Position numbers and translations under genes: made by a program
Part shown: piece after piece, positions 37,001 to 50,500 of the stretch
Position numbering within the stretch: the stretch's first letter is position 1
How the letters are laid out: every line of letters starts with the position of its first letter
The notes under the pieces: generated by a model
The model's input: only the letters and a program-made list of their open reading frames with translations
Told to the model about the DNA's origin: nothing
The model's database searches: none
NCBI GenBank assembly: GCA_951406725.2
Contig: OX597817.1
Location: forward strand, 39,060,001 to 39,124,000
Direction: 5' to 3'
Origin: Octopus vulgaris
Taxonomy: Eukaryota
DNA: 64,000 nucleotides

Positions 37001-40000
37001 TGGAAATTGACGACAGTCTTTGTTGGTGAGAATCAGCCAATGTGAAGTTCAGAAGAATGGGAAAGTTTGTCTTGAGGAGTGTAGAATATGTTGCTTCACC
37101 AGTCTTGTTCCTTGTGTGAGCCTGAGGAAATGATGGGGAAAAAGTTGAAGGGCTCATTTGGTTGTGAGATGCATACTAAGCAAGAAGTTTGGTATGAGAG
37201 GATGAGAATTCATGGAAGCGAAATGAAATCAGAAAGTTGGCAGGAAGGCAGCCAGACTACTTATTTCAGTTAACTACATACAGCTACAATGACATACTAA
37301 AATAAAGAATTACAGGGATATACAGCTCTGATTAAAATATTGTGCGATGGGATAGCAGTGAACAGGAAGATGGATAAAAACAATATTTAAACAATTGTGT
37401 GCATGCACACGCTCACTTGCAATAACAGATCTGGGGGTCAGTTTCAAAAGGGCAAAAGGTGGAGTGAGAACATACATCAAACATATTCACCTCCATCACA
37501 TACACATATACACAAGCATTCATAACATTAATAATTCTTTTACAAGGCTTGAAATTTTTGGGAGAGGAGCTAGTTTGTTACATCAACCTCAGTTTCTATC
37601 AACCCCAAAAGGATGAAAGGTGAAGCTGACCATGGTGGCATTTGAACTCGGAATGCATTAGCTTTAATAATGAAGAGGACTGAACTAATTAAAAACTTAA
37701 ATGCATTATCGATGGTTAACTCATATTGTTATTGTCTTTTTCTTTTTATAATTTGACAAACAGGGTATTTTGTAACTAGTAGATTATGAACTAGATTATT
37801 TATTAGTTCAACTATAGTACCCTAGTTGTATTTTAAAAATATTGTAGCGAAATACTTGCGGTAGAAATTAGCATGGCAAAAGTACTTAAGCTGAGAATAA
37901 ATAGGGCATATTTCCTTGAAGCAAAAATAGCTGCCATGAAAGTGAACAAGTAGTTCTCATTTCTAAAAAAAAGTTCTAACCACTGGTTTGTGTGAATAAA
38001 TGTGAACCAGCTTCGGCTCAGCTCTGCCTGTGCTATATTAATGTGATGGATGGAAATAATTTAATTGTGAGGAAGAGTCATGTTTCAAGGTATCAAAATT
38101 ATGCTAAGGATTAAAATAAATGATGATGATGATATATATATATATATATAAAAAAGCTCATATCCTTAATGTTGTTGGCATATGGTGATTGAAGATGTAA
38201 AATAGTAAAACACCACCTGTCTTATCTTGGCATTTTAATTTGGGACCATTATAATTCCTCTGGGTTGTACTTTGGTTCTTTCTTTCATCACTGAATTAAT
38301 TGCCATTAGTAAAAGAAAGGGAGATAGCAGACAACCTTGTCTCAGTTCCATCAGAACAGTGAATGGTTGTGTCAAAGTTCGATCGTGTACAACTTGGCAT
38401 CATCTCTTCTATGACTCGTCAATACTGACATAAGCATTCCATTTTGGCAGGTGGTCATGGTTTATGCACCACTACAATTACTGCTTTAATATTTTATGCC
38501 TCTCTGTTGCTCCACAATTGAATACATGCCAATATCACTAATGGTAAATTTTCTACATGTATATTTAACATATCATATCAAATTACATAATACTTGTAAA
38601 GCAATACATTTATATAACAATGAATAACAAAATATAAACGGCAACTTTACTCCTCCCTTTCTCCAATGCACAGACATGCTAGAGTAGGGGCCCATTGACA
38701 TGGCTTCATTCAACCTGTGCTCACATTGTCTATTTTATCCCTCACAAAGCCACTTAATAAGCACTGCCATCTTCTAACTTACATGGGTCAAATCAGAATA
38801 CTGAGCCACTCTTACTGTATAATTGTAAACTATAAGCAAATAATGTGTTTTATTGATAATTGAATAAAACATACATGCTTAATTATAAATAATAAACAAG
38901 TGGATTTTTATTAATAGAAACTTTAAAAGGGCAGCTAATTATAAATTAGAAAACATTGAATGTACAAAAACATGGAAATTGAGAAATAGGTATCCACTCC
39001 TGCAAGCAAGAGATTACCTACTCTGTCATCAACCAAACTGCGAGAAACTAGTGAAATCTCTAAATCATACTGTGCTATCTTAAAAATAGGACCTAGTCAG
39101 TTTTGTAGCTGTAGATATACACTCATCATCATCGTTTAATGTCCGCTTTCCATGCTAGCATGGGTTGGACGAATGACTGAGGGCCGGCGAACCAGATGGC
39201 TGCACCAGGCTTCAATCTTGATCTGGCAGAGTTTCTACAGCTGGATGCTCTTCCTAACGCCAACCACTCCGAGAGTGTAGTGGGTGCTTTTAAGTGCCAC
39301 TGGCACGGGGCCAGTCGGGCGGTACTGGCAATGACCTCGCTCGAATCTTTTACACATGTCTGAATAAAAAGTGGGGTTGTCACAGCTGGAATATCTTTGA
39401 TCATAGGTTTGCTCTGTGAAGGACGGCTTGGGTTAAATAGCAAAAGTATTATCAAAGCAGAATATTTAAAATTAAATTTGAATTATCTAATAAAAGAAGC
39501 ATATTAACTAAATTGACTTTATTAACCAATTATTGTTTTTCATTTTGCAGTGGCTCTCAAGCGTATGCTTGCTTTCAATAATCAGCCGACGAAGCAAGTT
39601 TCAGCCGAGCCACAATGGAAGGTAAGTTTTACTTTGAAAAAAATAAAACTGAACAATATATTTTATAAACAATGAGTGAAGACATGACTGTGTTGCTAAG
39701 AAGTTTATTTCACAACCACGTCACTCTGGGTTAGATATCTCTCTGCACATTGAGCTGAAAGGGAGCTTCTGCTATAACTTCATACTGATCAGTATTATGT
39801 GAGTGAAATTTGTTTGTGTGTGTGTTGGGCATATGAAGATAAGCTAAAATAGTCTGGGGCATTACAGCTAATAGTGAAACATGCTTGGTGTCTTTCAAAT
39901 TACCTGAAAATTTTCCTGAGTGAAGTAGTCCTTGTACCTTGATAATCCTGAAAACTTTGGTTCTGATTTTATAGGGATTTGAAGTAGGGGGCTGAGCTGA

Positions 40001-43000
40001 ATTTTAAGATTTTGCTAAATCTGGAGCTATATTTAACCATCAATATCTCAAGACAGATATTTTCAACTTTGAAAAACTATTATTTCCTTAATTCAGTGTG
40101 GAATTGGAAATTATATGTATGTCTCTGCAAATTGCTGACAATGGCTGAAATACATGTCAAGGGCCTCTATCTGTATAAATTACCTTCTTGATACCCATCT
40201 TTTAACAAACCAGACTTGTTTGATATTATTTACAACAAACTCCTTTGGTAACTAAGTGTCCTGTCTTTCCATGTTATAACCAGCTGCCCTAGTCTGACTT
40301 TGTAAGCTGCCTTGCTAATGGAGAGATAGTTTCTCCACCACAGTGAAAATCTGTCTCAGAAGCTATATTAGATTACAAGCATCCTTTATTCTTGTTAGCT
40401 ATGGCTGGTACAATGGGAAGGCTACATTAGGACAACCCCCTCCTCAGCTGTGGTCTCATTGGTAGCTGAACCCACTCCTGACATGAAACACAACAGTATT
40501 TGAAAAGGGTTCAGTGGTAATCACACAGAGGTGATATGGATTCTGCAACCTACCTTGAAGGCTACTTATTTCTGTTGCAAAGTTTTTAGTGTTGGTGGCA
40601 CAATGAAATGTACCTAATCTACACTGTAAAGTGGTTGATTATAGGATGAGCATTCAGGTTTGAAAGCTTTACTAAAAGAAACCCCCCCCAAAAGGAAGGC
40701 ATATGAACTCTGCAAATAGCATTCAGTCAATTCATCTAGGATAGCAGTAATTCTGAATAAAAACTGTCTTGTGTTTTACTTATATATCTTTTGATCCTGG
40801 AAGAATTAAAGAGAAAAGCTGACCTCAAAGATTTGAACTAAGAATATCAAACTGAATACTGCTAGTCGTTTAATCCATTTTTGCTTCTCCAACACCTAAT
40901 TTAATTCTATAATGTTTCAGTTATGTTTCAGTGTTATGAATGAATAATATTGACACTCCCTTCTATGTAGTATATTTTCATATTTATATACATTTACTAT
41001 TATGTATGGAATAAAGAAATTTAAAGAGGTCATATCTATTTTCAGGTTTTGGTCTACGATCGATTTGGTCAGGACATAATTTCTCCACTTTTAAATGTAA
41101 AAGAATTAAGAGACTTAGGTGTAACTTTGCATATGTGAGTATAATGCACTTGCTTTATGAGATAAGTATTTACTCTTGATGGTTTAGTTTATTTCAGTTT
41201 TATGAAGATATTTTTATTATTTTTATTATATCTGCAGCACCAGTAATCATTATATTCACAATGTTCATAACACTTTCATTTACAATGCTTCCTACTCTTA
41301 CCCCCAGCAGGGACAACAATTTTAACATGCTTGAATGTTCTTGCCTGCACCCTCCTCCTTTCTTTCTCTCTCTGGACTAACCCAACCAAATAGTACCCCT
41401 CTCTCTCTTTCTCTCTCTCTCTCTCTATTTTCCCCAGGAGTAATGCAACAAGATAGCAACCCACCTACTTACTTAATCTAACATTGGCATATTTATATTC
41501 ATATCTACTTTTATTATATATATATATCTGCATTACTAGTAATGCTTATATTTACAATACTGATAAGTTTAATTTGCAATGCTTCCTATTCTTACCCCCA
41601 GGAGGGACAGCAATTTTAACATGTTTAAATGGTGATAGGTTAAAAGTGAGAACAACCTGTGTGACATGTCTATCAAAAGATCATGGAAACCTTCTTTTCA
41701 GGTGCTGAATAATATCTCTCCTTCCCATGTTTCCCTCCACATCCCTTTATCCAGGTTTTAGAGTGGCATTGTCAATGTAGGTACATTGAAATGTAGGTTG
41801 AATGAGATTGTAGAGATGCTTGAATGGAGAACTGTTGATGTATGCTGCATACAAGAGGTAAGGTGGAGAGGAGCTTCAGTCAGTCCTCACAGGCAAGGCA
41901 CATAGGTATAAAATCTTCTGGGAAGGTAACAGTGACAGAGTAGGTGGTGTGGGCATACTCTCTTGCAAAGAAATGGGTTGATAAGGTCATAAAGGTAGTC
42001 AGGGAGTGTGATAGAGTGCTTAAGCTAGTCTTGCAGAATAGTATAGCTACAATTATCTCTGTCTGTGCCCTTCAAGTGGGCCTACCAAATGAACAGAGGG
42101 ATCACTTTTATGATATTCCTCTGCAGGCTACTTCAAAGACGAGTGAAGATGATCTCATCTTTGGGGATGGAGATTTTAACAGGCATGTCAGACAGCAACC
42201 TGGTATCTTCCATGGTGTTCATGGGGGCTATGGAATTGGCTTCTGAAACAGAGGAACTAGGCTACTGGAGTTCTGTGATGCAAGCAACCTGTTGATCTGC
42301 AACACTAACTTCAGGAAGCCAGCCAGCCACCAGATAACCTATCAATCAGGTGACTCTGCTAGCCAGACTGATTTTATTCTCACTAGACAGCGGGATGTAT
42401 GGCTGCTCTCAAATACAAAGACCCCACCCACTTGGTGAAGAATGTACCCCCCCCCCCCAGCATAGACTAGTTATTAGTGACTTTAGACTCGAGGCCAAGA
42501 AACAGACCAATCTGGAAAAGAGGGATTTGGAAGCTTAAGAACCCTTTACATGGTCAGAGATTTAGGGACATCCTCATTGAGAAATTTGATGAGAGGGCAA
42601 CTGGGAATTCCTGTTTGACAGCTTGCTGAGTGCCATGGAACAAATCTATGGCTGGTGCAAAGTCCCTTCCAGACCCAGGCTAATGTGGTGGTAGAATAAA
42701 ACTGTACACAGGGCCATTAGAGTAAAGAAACAGGCCTGGAAGAGTTGGAGTAGCAGGGAATTGTATCAGATAGCCAGAAGGGAAGCTAGGAGACAGGTAT
42801 CTATAGCCAAGGGAGAAGCAGAAAAAAAAGTTTGCCAATGTTCAGTGATGTGAGGACCAAAGAACTGAAGTATTTCAGATTGCAAGACAGTGTGTGAGAG
42901 AAAATTGTGAAGTCATAGGAGAGAAATGTGTCTGCATGGATGATGGTGCACTTGCATTTAATGATTCTGCAAAGAATGAGGCTTATTATGAAAGGCTTCT

Positions 43001-44528
43001 GAATGTGGAGAATGAATAGGGGAGGCAAATCTGCCAAATGTTGATCCAATTCAGATTGGATCAGATGCTGAAAGTCACAGAGAGGGTCATAGCCCGACTA
43101 ATTAGGGAGAGAGTTAGCCTAGATGAGATGCAGTTTAGTTTTGTGCCAGGTAGAAGCATCACTGATGCTATATTTCTAGTAAGGCAACTGCAGGAGAAAT
43201 ATCTAGCCAAAGATAGATCTCTATATTTGGCTTTTGTTGACATGGAGAAAACCTTTGACAGGGTCCCCTGGTCTCTTATCTGGTGGTCAATGCAGAAATT
43301 AGGGATAGATGAGTGGTTGGTGAGAGCTGTACAAAACCATGCCAGATCAGATTAGAGCCTGGTGCAGCTTACTGGCTTGCCAATCTTCAGTCAGACTGAC
43401 CAACCCATGTCAGCATGGAAAATGGACATTAAACGATGATGATATGTATATAACAAATATTTTTCCTACTACAACCACTACTGATACAATGCATTACTAT
43501 TGCTACCACTATGCATTATCTGTTGCTTCTCTCACTTTATCTCTTACACACATACATTCTCTCTCATTCTCTCATATTTTGAGTTCCATTTTTCCCTGTT
43601 TGCATCACCAAACTTACTCTTATCTTTTATCTATTTTAATTCCACTTTTCTCTGCTTCGTAACTTGCTGCCTTCATGCAGTGCCTTTCAGTCAGTTATTC
43701 CCTCAATTATTAATTTTTCATGTTTGTTTAATTAATTTTTGTTTTATCAAGCTACAGTATTTATGACTATTTAATTACATCTCTTCTTGGTTTACAAAAT
43801 CTTTGTTTTGTTCAACCTGTTGTGGGATCTTTGACAAGTTAATGGTTCACATCTTTGGGTGAGTTGCATGCCATATAAACGACTTGGGGCTATGTTATAA
43901 ATCCTCATTATAGCCTTTGGATTTAATTTAAAAATTCGAGAAAATTCAATGATTTGTTATAAATTTAATGCAATAAAGGATTGGTTTAACATGAACAAGA
44001 GGATAATTAAAAAATAAAAATTAATTTGGGTTACCCCAAATTTCAAAGAGAGGAAGAATTACAGTATCATTTTAATATGAATTTATTAAAATAAAATATA
44101 AAATAATTGTTTTTGAAAGACATTGAGAGTAGTTTTTTTTTTCTTCTTTTATTTGGCTTGCTTTACTTAAAGAAATGATTGGAATTTCTTTCAGGCTTCT
44201 CCATTCAGATCGAGACCCAATTCCTGATGTTCCTGCTATATACTTTGTTATGCCAACAGATGATAATATTCAAAGAATATGCAGGGTGAGTATTTTATTA
44301 GAAAACTTAAGCTACAAATTGTGGAAAGGTATTTAACAAGATGTGTTAAACTGTGTGTGTACATGCAGAAATTCAATCAGTATGGCTATTGATATATCAA
44401 GGTGTTTAAAAGTGTAGCGATTGTCTCTTTGAAATATAAATACCTGTTTTAGAAATTTATTTTCTCTTTCTATAAAGATAGAACAATAATTTTCATTGCA
44501 TTTTAGGAGAACCATTATCCCAATAATG

Positions 44529-44569
<41 letters not shown>

Positions 44570-47500
44570 TATATTTCACTTTCATTATAATTACTCCATG
44601 TCTGTCTCGTAATTTCACTTCAAGAATCTTATACTAGATATGTTCACATTATGTAATACGTTTAACAAATAAATAGCTGTGCTATGGAAATGTATGTAGC
44701 ATAATTTAAACAAAAACTACATGTGTTTTTTTTTTTATGACTATAAATCCCAACAGGTATGGCTGTGTTATTTAGCTCACTTTGAAAGCATATAGTTTCA
44801 GGTTCAGTCATCATGTGTGGCACCTTGGATAAGTGTCTTATTATAACCTCAGACCGATTAATAGCTTGTGAGTGAATCTGGTAGACCTGTGTGTCTGTGT
44901 TTGTCTCCTCCAACCACTTGACAACTGTTGTTGGTTTGTTTACATCTCTGTAACTTAATGGTTCAGCAAAAGCGACTGATAGATGAAGTGCCAAACTTTA
45001 GACAAAAACCCTAAGTTTTGTGGTCAATTTGACTAAAATGGTTTAAGGTGATGCCTCAACATGGTCACAATCCCAATGACTGAAACAAGTACAAAATAGA
45101 AGATAAAGATATATTTTAGAAGTGTTAAGATCAAGCCAGACTTTCTTTGCCATCAACAATATAAACTGTAACATGGTCTCTATATCTTTATATTCACTGT
45201 TATATGTAAAAAGGATCCTTGCCTATTCAAAAGACTCCCAAATAACTTTCATCCTGACTTTTTACTTTTAAGTTGTTCACTATCTTGTGTTTTTTCTTCT
45301 TTCAGGATTTTGAAAATCAAATGTATGATTCCTATTTTTTGAACTTTATATCTTGTGTTTCACGACAAAAGCTGGAAGACATCGCCAACACTGCGATCCA
45401 GCATAATTGTGTGTCACTGATATCAAAGGTTAGTTTTAACATCAGTTATTTCTTGTATTTAAAGTTATTTTTATGTAAGCCTTAAATTTATTTGCTGGAT
45501 GTTCACTGCTATTCAAGTAAACTCACAGTCAGAAGCATTCCAAACATGACCACCTTATCTTATTTTTAGACATTTTTCACATAGGACTACATTATTCAGT
45601 GTCTTTTCCTTTTTTTTTTACAAAAGGTTGTATATGGTTTTGTAGATGATTTGGCTGCTGTTTAATGCAGATCTAATGATATGAAATAATTATTGCTACT
45701 TTCAGTTCTGGTGTTCTGTAGTATGTGTTAGCTAAAGGCTAACAATTGGTTATTTGCTATAAATAATGAATATTTATATTTGTTCTTCAAATATAAAAAT
45801 TGCTACTACTTTCTAGATTCTCATCCACTTCCAAATATTGAAGAGCTCCTGTGTTCTATTACCTACAATAAATTCTTCAGCAAAATGGCTCTGAAAGCAG
45901 CCTACCATCAGTCTAGTCCTCAGTGATGAAGAAGAGAAATACTATGCAAGTTGAGATGATGGATGTTTATTTCAGTTTACAATGTTACACTTTGATACGA
46001 CTAATGATGTAGGTGATGGATTGTATAATTATCAACTGTGATATCGAAGGAGTACCTGTCTGTCTTGACAATATTATTAAAGGATATTTTGGTTCAGTGA
46101 ATTTCAGTCACTAAAAGACTCAACATTAAATTGGACAATGACAAATGTCTTCTCTGCCAAGACATCCATTCGTCACCATGGATACAAAATAGAAAATAAT
46201 TCTCTGCAATTTGATGTGTACCTATTCTAAACAACTCTTATAGCTAATAGGTTTTAGTTACTACTCTAAATGGGTATCTCCTTTCTTGAAACTAATCCCA
46301 CCTCTACCAAATCCTGCTTTTTCTATTGTAAAAAGTGACATTCTTTTGCTTAAATCTTTAATAGGTAATACCTCTCTCACCTAATCTTCAAATTCCATCA
46401 TATGTTGAAACTGATGCTTACTGTTTCTGGTGTCTTTTCATAGTTGATTTATTCCCAAAGGTGAAGGCACGTGGCTTAGTGGTTAGGGTGTTTGGCTCAC
46501 GATCGTAAGGTTGTGAGTTCAATTCCTCTCAAGAAACTTTATTTCACGTTGCTCCAGTCCACTTGGCTAGCAAAAATGAGTAGTACCTGTATTTCAAAGG
46601 GCCAGCCTTGTCACACTCTGTGTCACGCTGAATCTCCCTGAGAATTATGTTAAGGGTACACATGTTTGTGGAGTGCTTAGCCACTTGCACGTTAATTTCA
46701 CGAGCAAGCTGTTCCGTTGATTGTATCAGCTGGGACCTTCATCATCGTAACCGATGAAGTGCTCCCATTCCTAAAGACATTTTAGCAAAATGTCGCATCA
46801 GTTGGAAATGAGGCAATGACTTATCAGAGAAAATGTTACAAAATGGTAGATTTTCTTTTTTTACATCCAGACTACATTACACACAGCAGAATAACAGATA
46901 ATCTTTCATATTAGGTTACAGAAGTAGAGGAAAAAGAAAGGATGGTGAAGGTTTTCATTGGTGAATAGAATTATTGCTCAACAATTACATCTGTCACATA
47001 TCTAGCAAAGCTAACACAGCTGTTTATGGGCTTAAAAATTGAAGTCGGTCAATACGTGTGAGGAATTTATGAGAATGTAAAGGGGAATAACTGAGTAAAG
47101 CATTTCTACTGTTTCTTCCATTTTTCTCAACCCTCCGAATATTGATTTCTGTAAGTGGCACTAGGCCACGAAGACAGGAGCAGTTGATTAAATCAGCCTA
47201 GTATATTACTGGTGCTTATTTTATTGATCCATGAAAGCTGAAAGGTAAAGTTGATCTCAGTCAGATTTGAATTCTAAACCTTCGGGCAATAACAGAATCC
47301 CCGTACAACTTCTTTGCTCCCAGCTATGCAAGGGTAAAAGACACCATGGAGGATCTAGGCCGAGATTCAAAGATACTGCAGAAAGGAATATGAATGGTAA
47401 ACTCAAGCGAAAAACCGAGAGGTATGAAGAAAGCTTATCAAGTCATGTCAATGCCATGAACAGTCATTGTTACTATGGTTGGCTGCAGAGAGCAATGTTA

Positions 47501-50500
47501 ATGAAACTATTTTCTTTCATAACTTACTCGACTAATGGTGACTGATGAAGCAGTAGTGGACTGAAGCCTAGTTGGTATCAATAACTGTTAATAATTAAAA
47601 CTATTAGAAGTTTTCTAATATGCCTGCTGGTAGAGTTGAAGAGGAACTTGTTTTCCAGGTAGGGAGACTGCACCTTGCTGTAGGCAGCGAAGTTTGAACA
47701 CATGACCATACAGTCAGTAATCCATCATATTAATTTCACTTTTATTATGTCTTTCTTCTAAAAGTTGCATACTTAAGATCGCACCTGTGTGTCCCCACCT
47801 GCATCTTAAACATGCAAGAATTTCCCTGCTCTTGTTGCTGGAGTTTGATATTTAGTTTGATAACTTATCAGCATAAATTTATAGAATATATTCATACCAA
47901 TATGTTCTAATATAAGCAACACTTTGGTTCTGTTTAATAGCAGATACTTCAAAAGGAAATTTTCCATAAATTAATATATGCATAATAAATTACTAATTAA
48001 TTCTGTAACATATATGTTGTGAATATTTTTTGTTTCAATTTATGACTTTTGTGTATTATTACAGATTTACGATCAAAATTTAAACTTTATTAGTTTAGAA
48101 GATGATCTGTTTACACTGCGGCACCAAGATAGAGAATCTATATCATATTATGGTAAGTTGATTTTCATACCTTGAGACCTTTTTCTCTGAGCAACATAGA
48201 TTCTAATTTCTATGATAATTGGTATATTTAGGTTATTTGTATTGATAGTTTGTCTAGTGAACTAGATAAGGAATCCTATTAATAATTTTGTTTTTATTGT
48301 TATTATACTTGGTAAAGTACAGAACAAGTTATTACACTTGGTAAAGTACAGAACAAGTTATTACACTTGGTAAAGTACAGAACAAGTTATTACACTTGGT
48401 AAAGTACAGAACAAGTTATTACACTTGGTAAAGTACAGAACAAGTTATTACACCTGGTAAAGTACAGAACAAGTTATTACACCTGGTAAAGTACAGAACA
48501 AGTTATTACACTTGGTAAAGTACAGAACAAGTTATTACACCTGGTAAAGTACAGAACAAGTTATTACACCTGGTAAAGTACAGAACAAGTTATTACACCT
48601 GGTAAAGTACAGAACGAGTTATTACACCTGGTAAAGTACAGAACAAGTTATTACACCTGGTAAAGTACAGAACAAGTTATTACACCTGGTAAAGTACAGA
48701 ACAAGTTATTACATCTGGTAAAGTACAGAACAAGTTATTACACCTGGTAAAGTACAGAACAAGTTATTACATCTGGTGAAGTACAGAACAAGTTATTACA
48801 TCTGGTGAAGTACAGAACAAGTTATTACATCTGGTGAAGTACAGAACAAGTTATTACATCTGGTGAAGTACAGAACAAGAAAATTTTTACTTAAAATATT
48901 GCAGCTAAGGATAAAATTTCAAATAAAATATTTAGATTTAGAAAATATTAGCTTTTATCAAGACTAAAAAATTTATTACAAGTTATTACTTCTATTTGTT
49001 ATTATTTGTTACTTCTATTAAAAAAAAACTCAAAATATTTTTTGCACTTTAAAAAAATTCCTTTTTAAAATTATTAATTAGAAATTTGAAAATAGGTTAT
49101 AAAAAACAATAGTAGTACATAATTAGTACAATAAATAGAATAATACAAAAATTAGTTACATATTACAGTAAAATCTACCTATAACAACAAATTCACAGTA
49201 AAATTTGCTCAAGTTATTATTGCTTAGGTTAGTGCCAAGTCTTCACATTTTTAGTCTTGAGTCAATGTCTATATTTTACATAATGAATTTGCCTACCATA
49301 TATACTATTCTACTTTGCATAAAACTTTACCTATATTGGTACTTCTGGCTCTCACTTTTTAAGTATCCTAGTGTGTCAATATTTTAACAAAATGATGCTA
49401 CCTTTTTTAATTATAATGTTACTTTGTAAATTAGAATCAAATAATTTTAAATATTCAAATTTTATCCTTAGCTGCAATATTTTAAGTAAAAATTTTCTAG
49501 TTCTGTACTTTACCAGATGTTATAACTTGTCCTTTACTTTTCCAGGTTTACAATCTTAAGAATATTATTTTTCTTGCTTACATTTTTCCATGTAATTTTT
49601 AATGTTTTTTGATCTTTTATTATTATGTAATTTTTGCCTTTTTACAGCTATTAATCGTGGCGATGTCAAGGATACAGAAATGAATGCAATAATGGATACC
49701 ATTACAGATAGTTTATTTTCAGTCTTTGTTACTTTAGGTAAGTCCTAATCACTATGTTGGCAACTTCTTACCATCATTTAATAGAGACCACTCTATTGGA
49801 ATCATTCAGATGAGACTCTTGGTTATTTTTTTCTGTAGATATTGATTGCACTTGTTCAGACTGGAAGCCATCCACATAAATTCTACCAGTTCTTTTCTTT
49901 ACCAAGCTCTTCAATCTTTATCTGTCTACAAGAATTTATACCATTCTTTGCAAATACACTACTGTGTATTATACCTTGTGTTTTATCCCCACAAAGGAAA
50001 CCTCTCTGACTCTGCCAATTATTGAATTCTCTCTCCTTTTCAACATCTCAATTGTGATGGAAACTGTTTTTAACAATAACCTTCTCCAATACTTTAATTT
50101 TTCACCCTTCCTCACTGACTATCAGTATAGCTGCTCTAGAGCCAGATGTATTGAAACATTCTGTCCTATGTTCCTATGTCACTCTCCTGTGGTCTTCTAC
50201 CCTTGAGAATCTCAACAAAAGCAGTACCTACGATCTTCACATCAGTGAGATCCATATCATTGCATTTCACTGCATGAGACCTTATTAAGTAAGCTCTGCT
50301 TTAGAGTTTCAACCATATCCCATCTCATTGATTGGAAACTTCCTGACAGGCTTCACCATGTGCTGATACACTAGATTTAATGACTATCAAATCTAGTGTG
50401 AAACATTTAGTTATGTCTCCTTACTTTTCTATATTTACAATCTACTTCCTGTCATTTCTTACAGCACAAATTCCTATGAAGATGAAACCACTGTTCACCC

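Noticed and set aside
46463-46535. tRNA gene
   Set aside because: A/B boxes are present but there is no complete cloverleaf, and it continues into a SINE body; the same applies to the SINE-A heads
48308-48879. CRISPR-like array (29-bp repeats)
   Set aside because: Units are head-to-tail with no unique spacers, there are no cas genes, and the context is a eukaryotic intron
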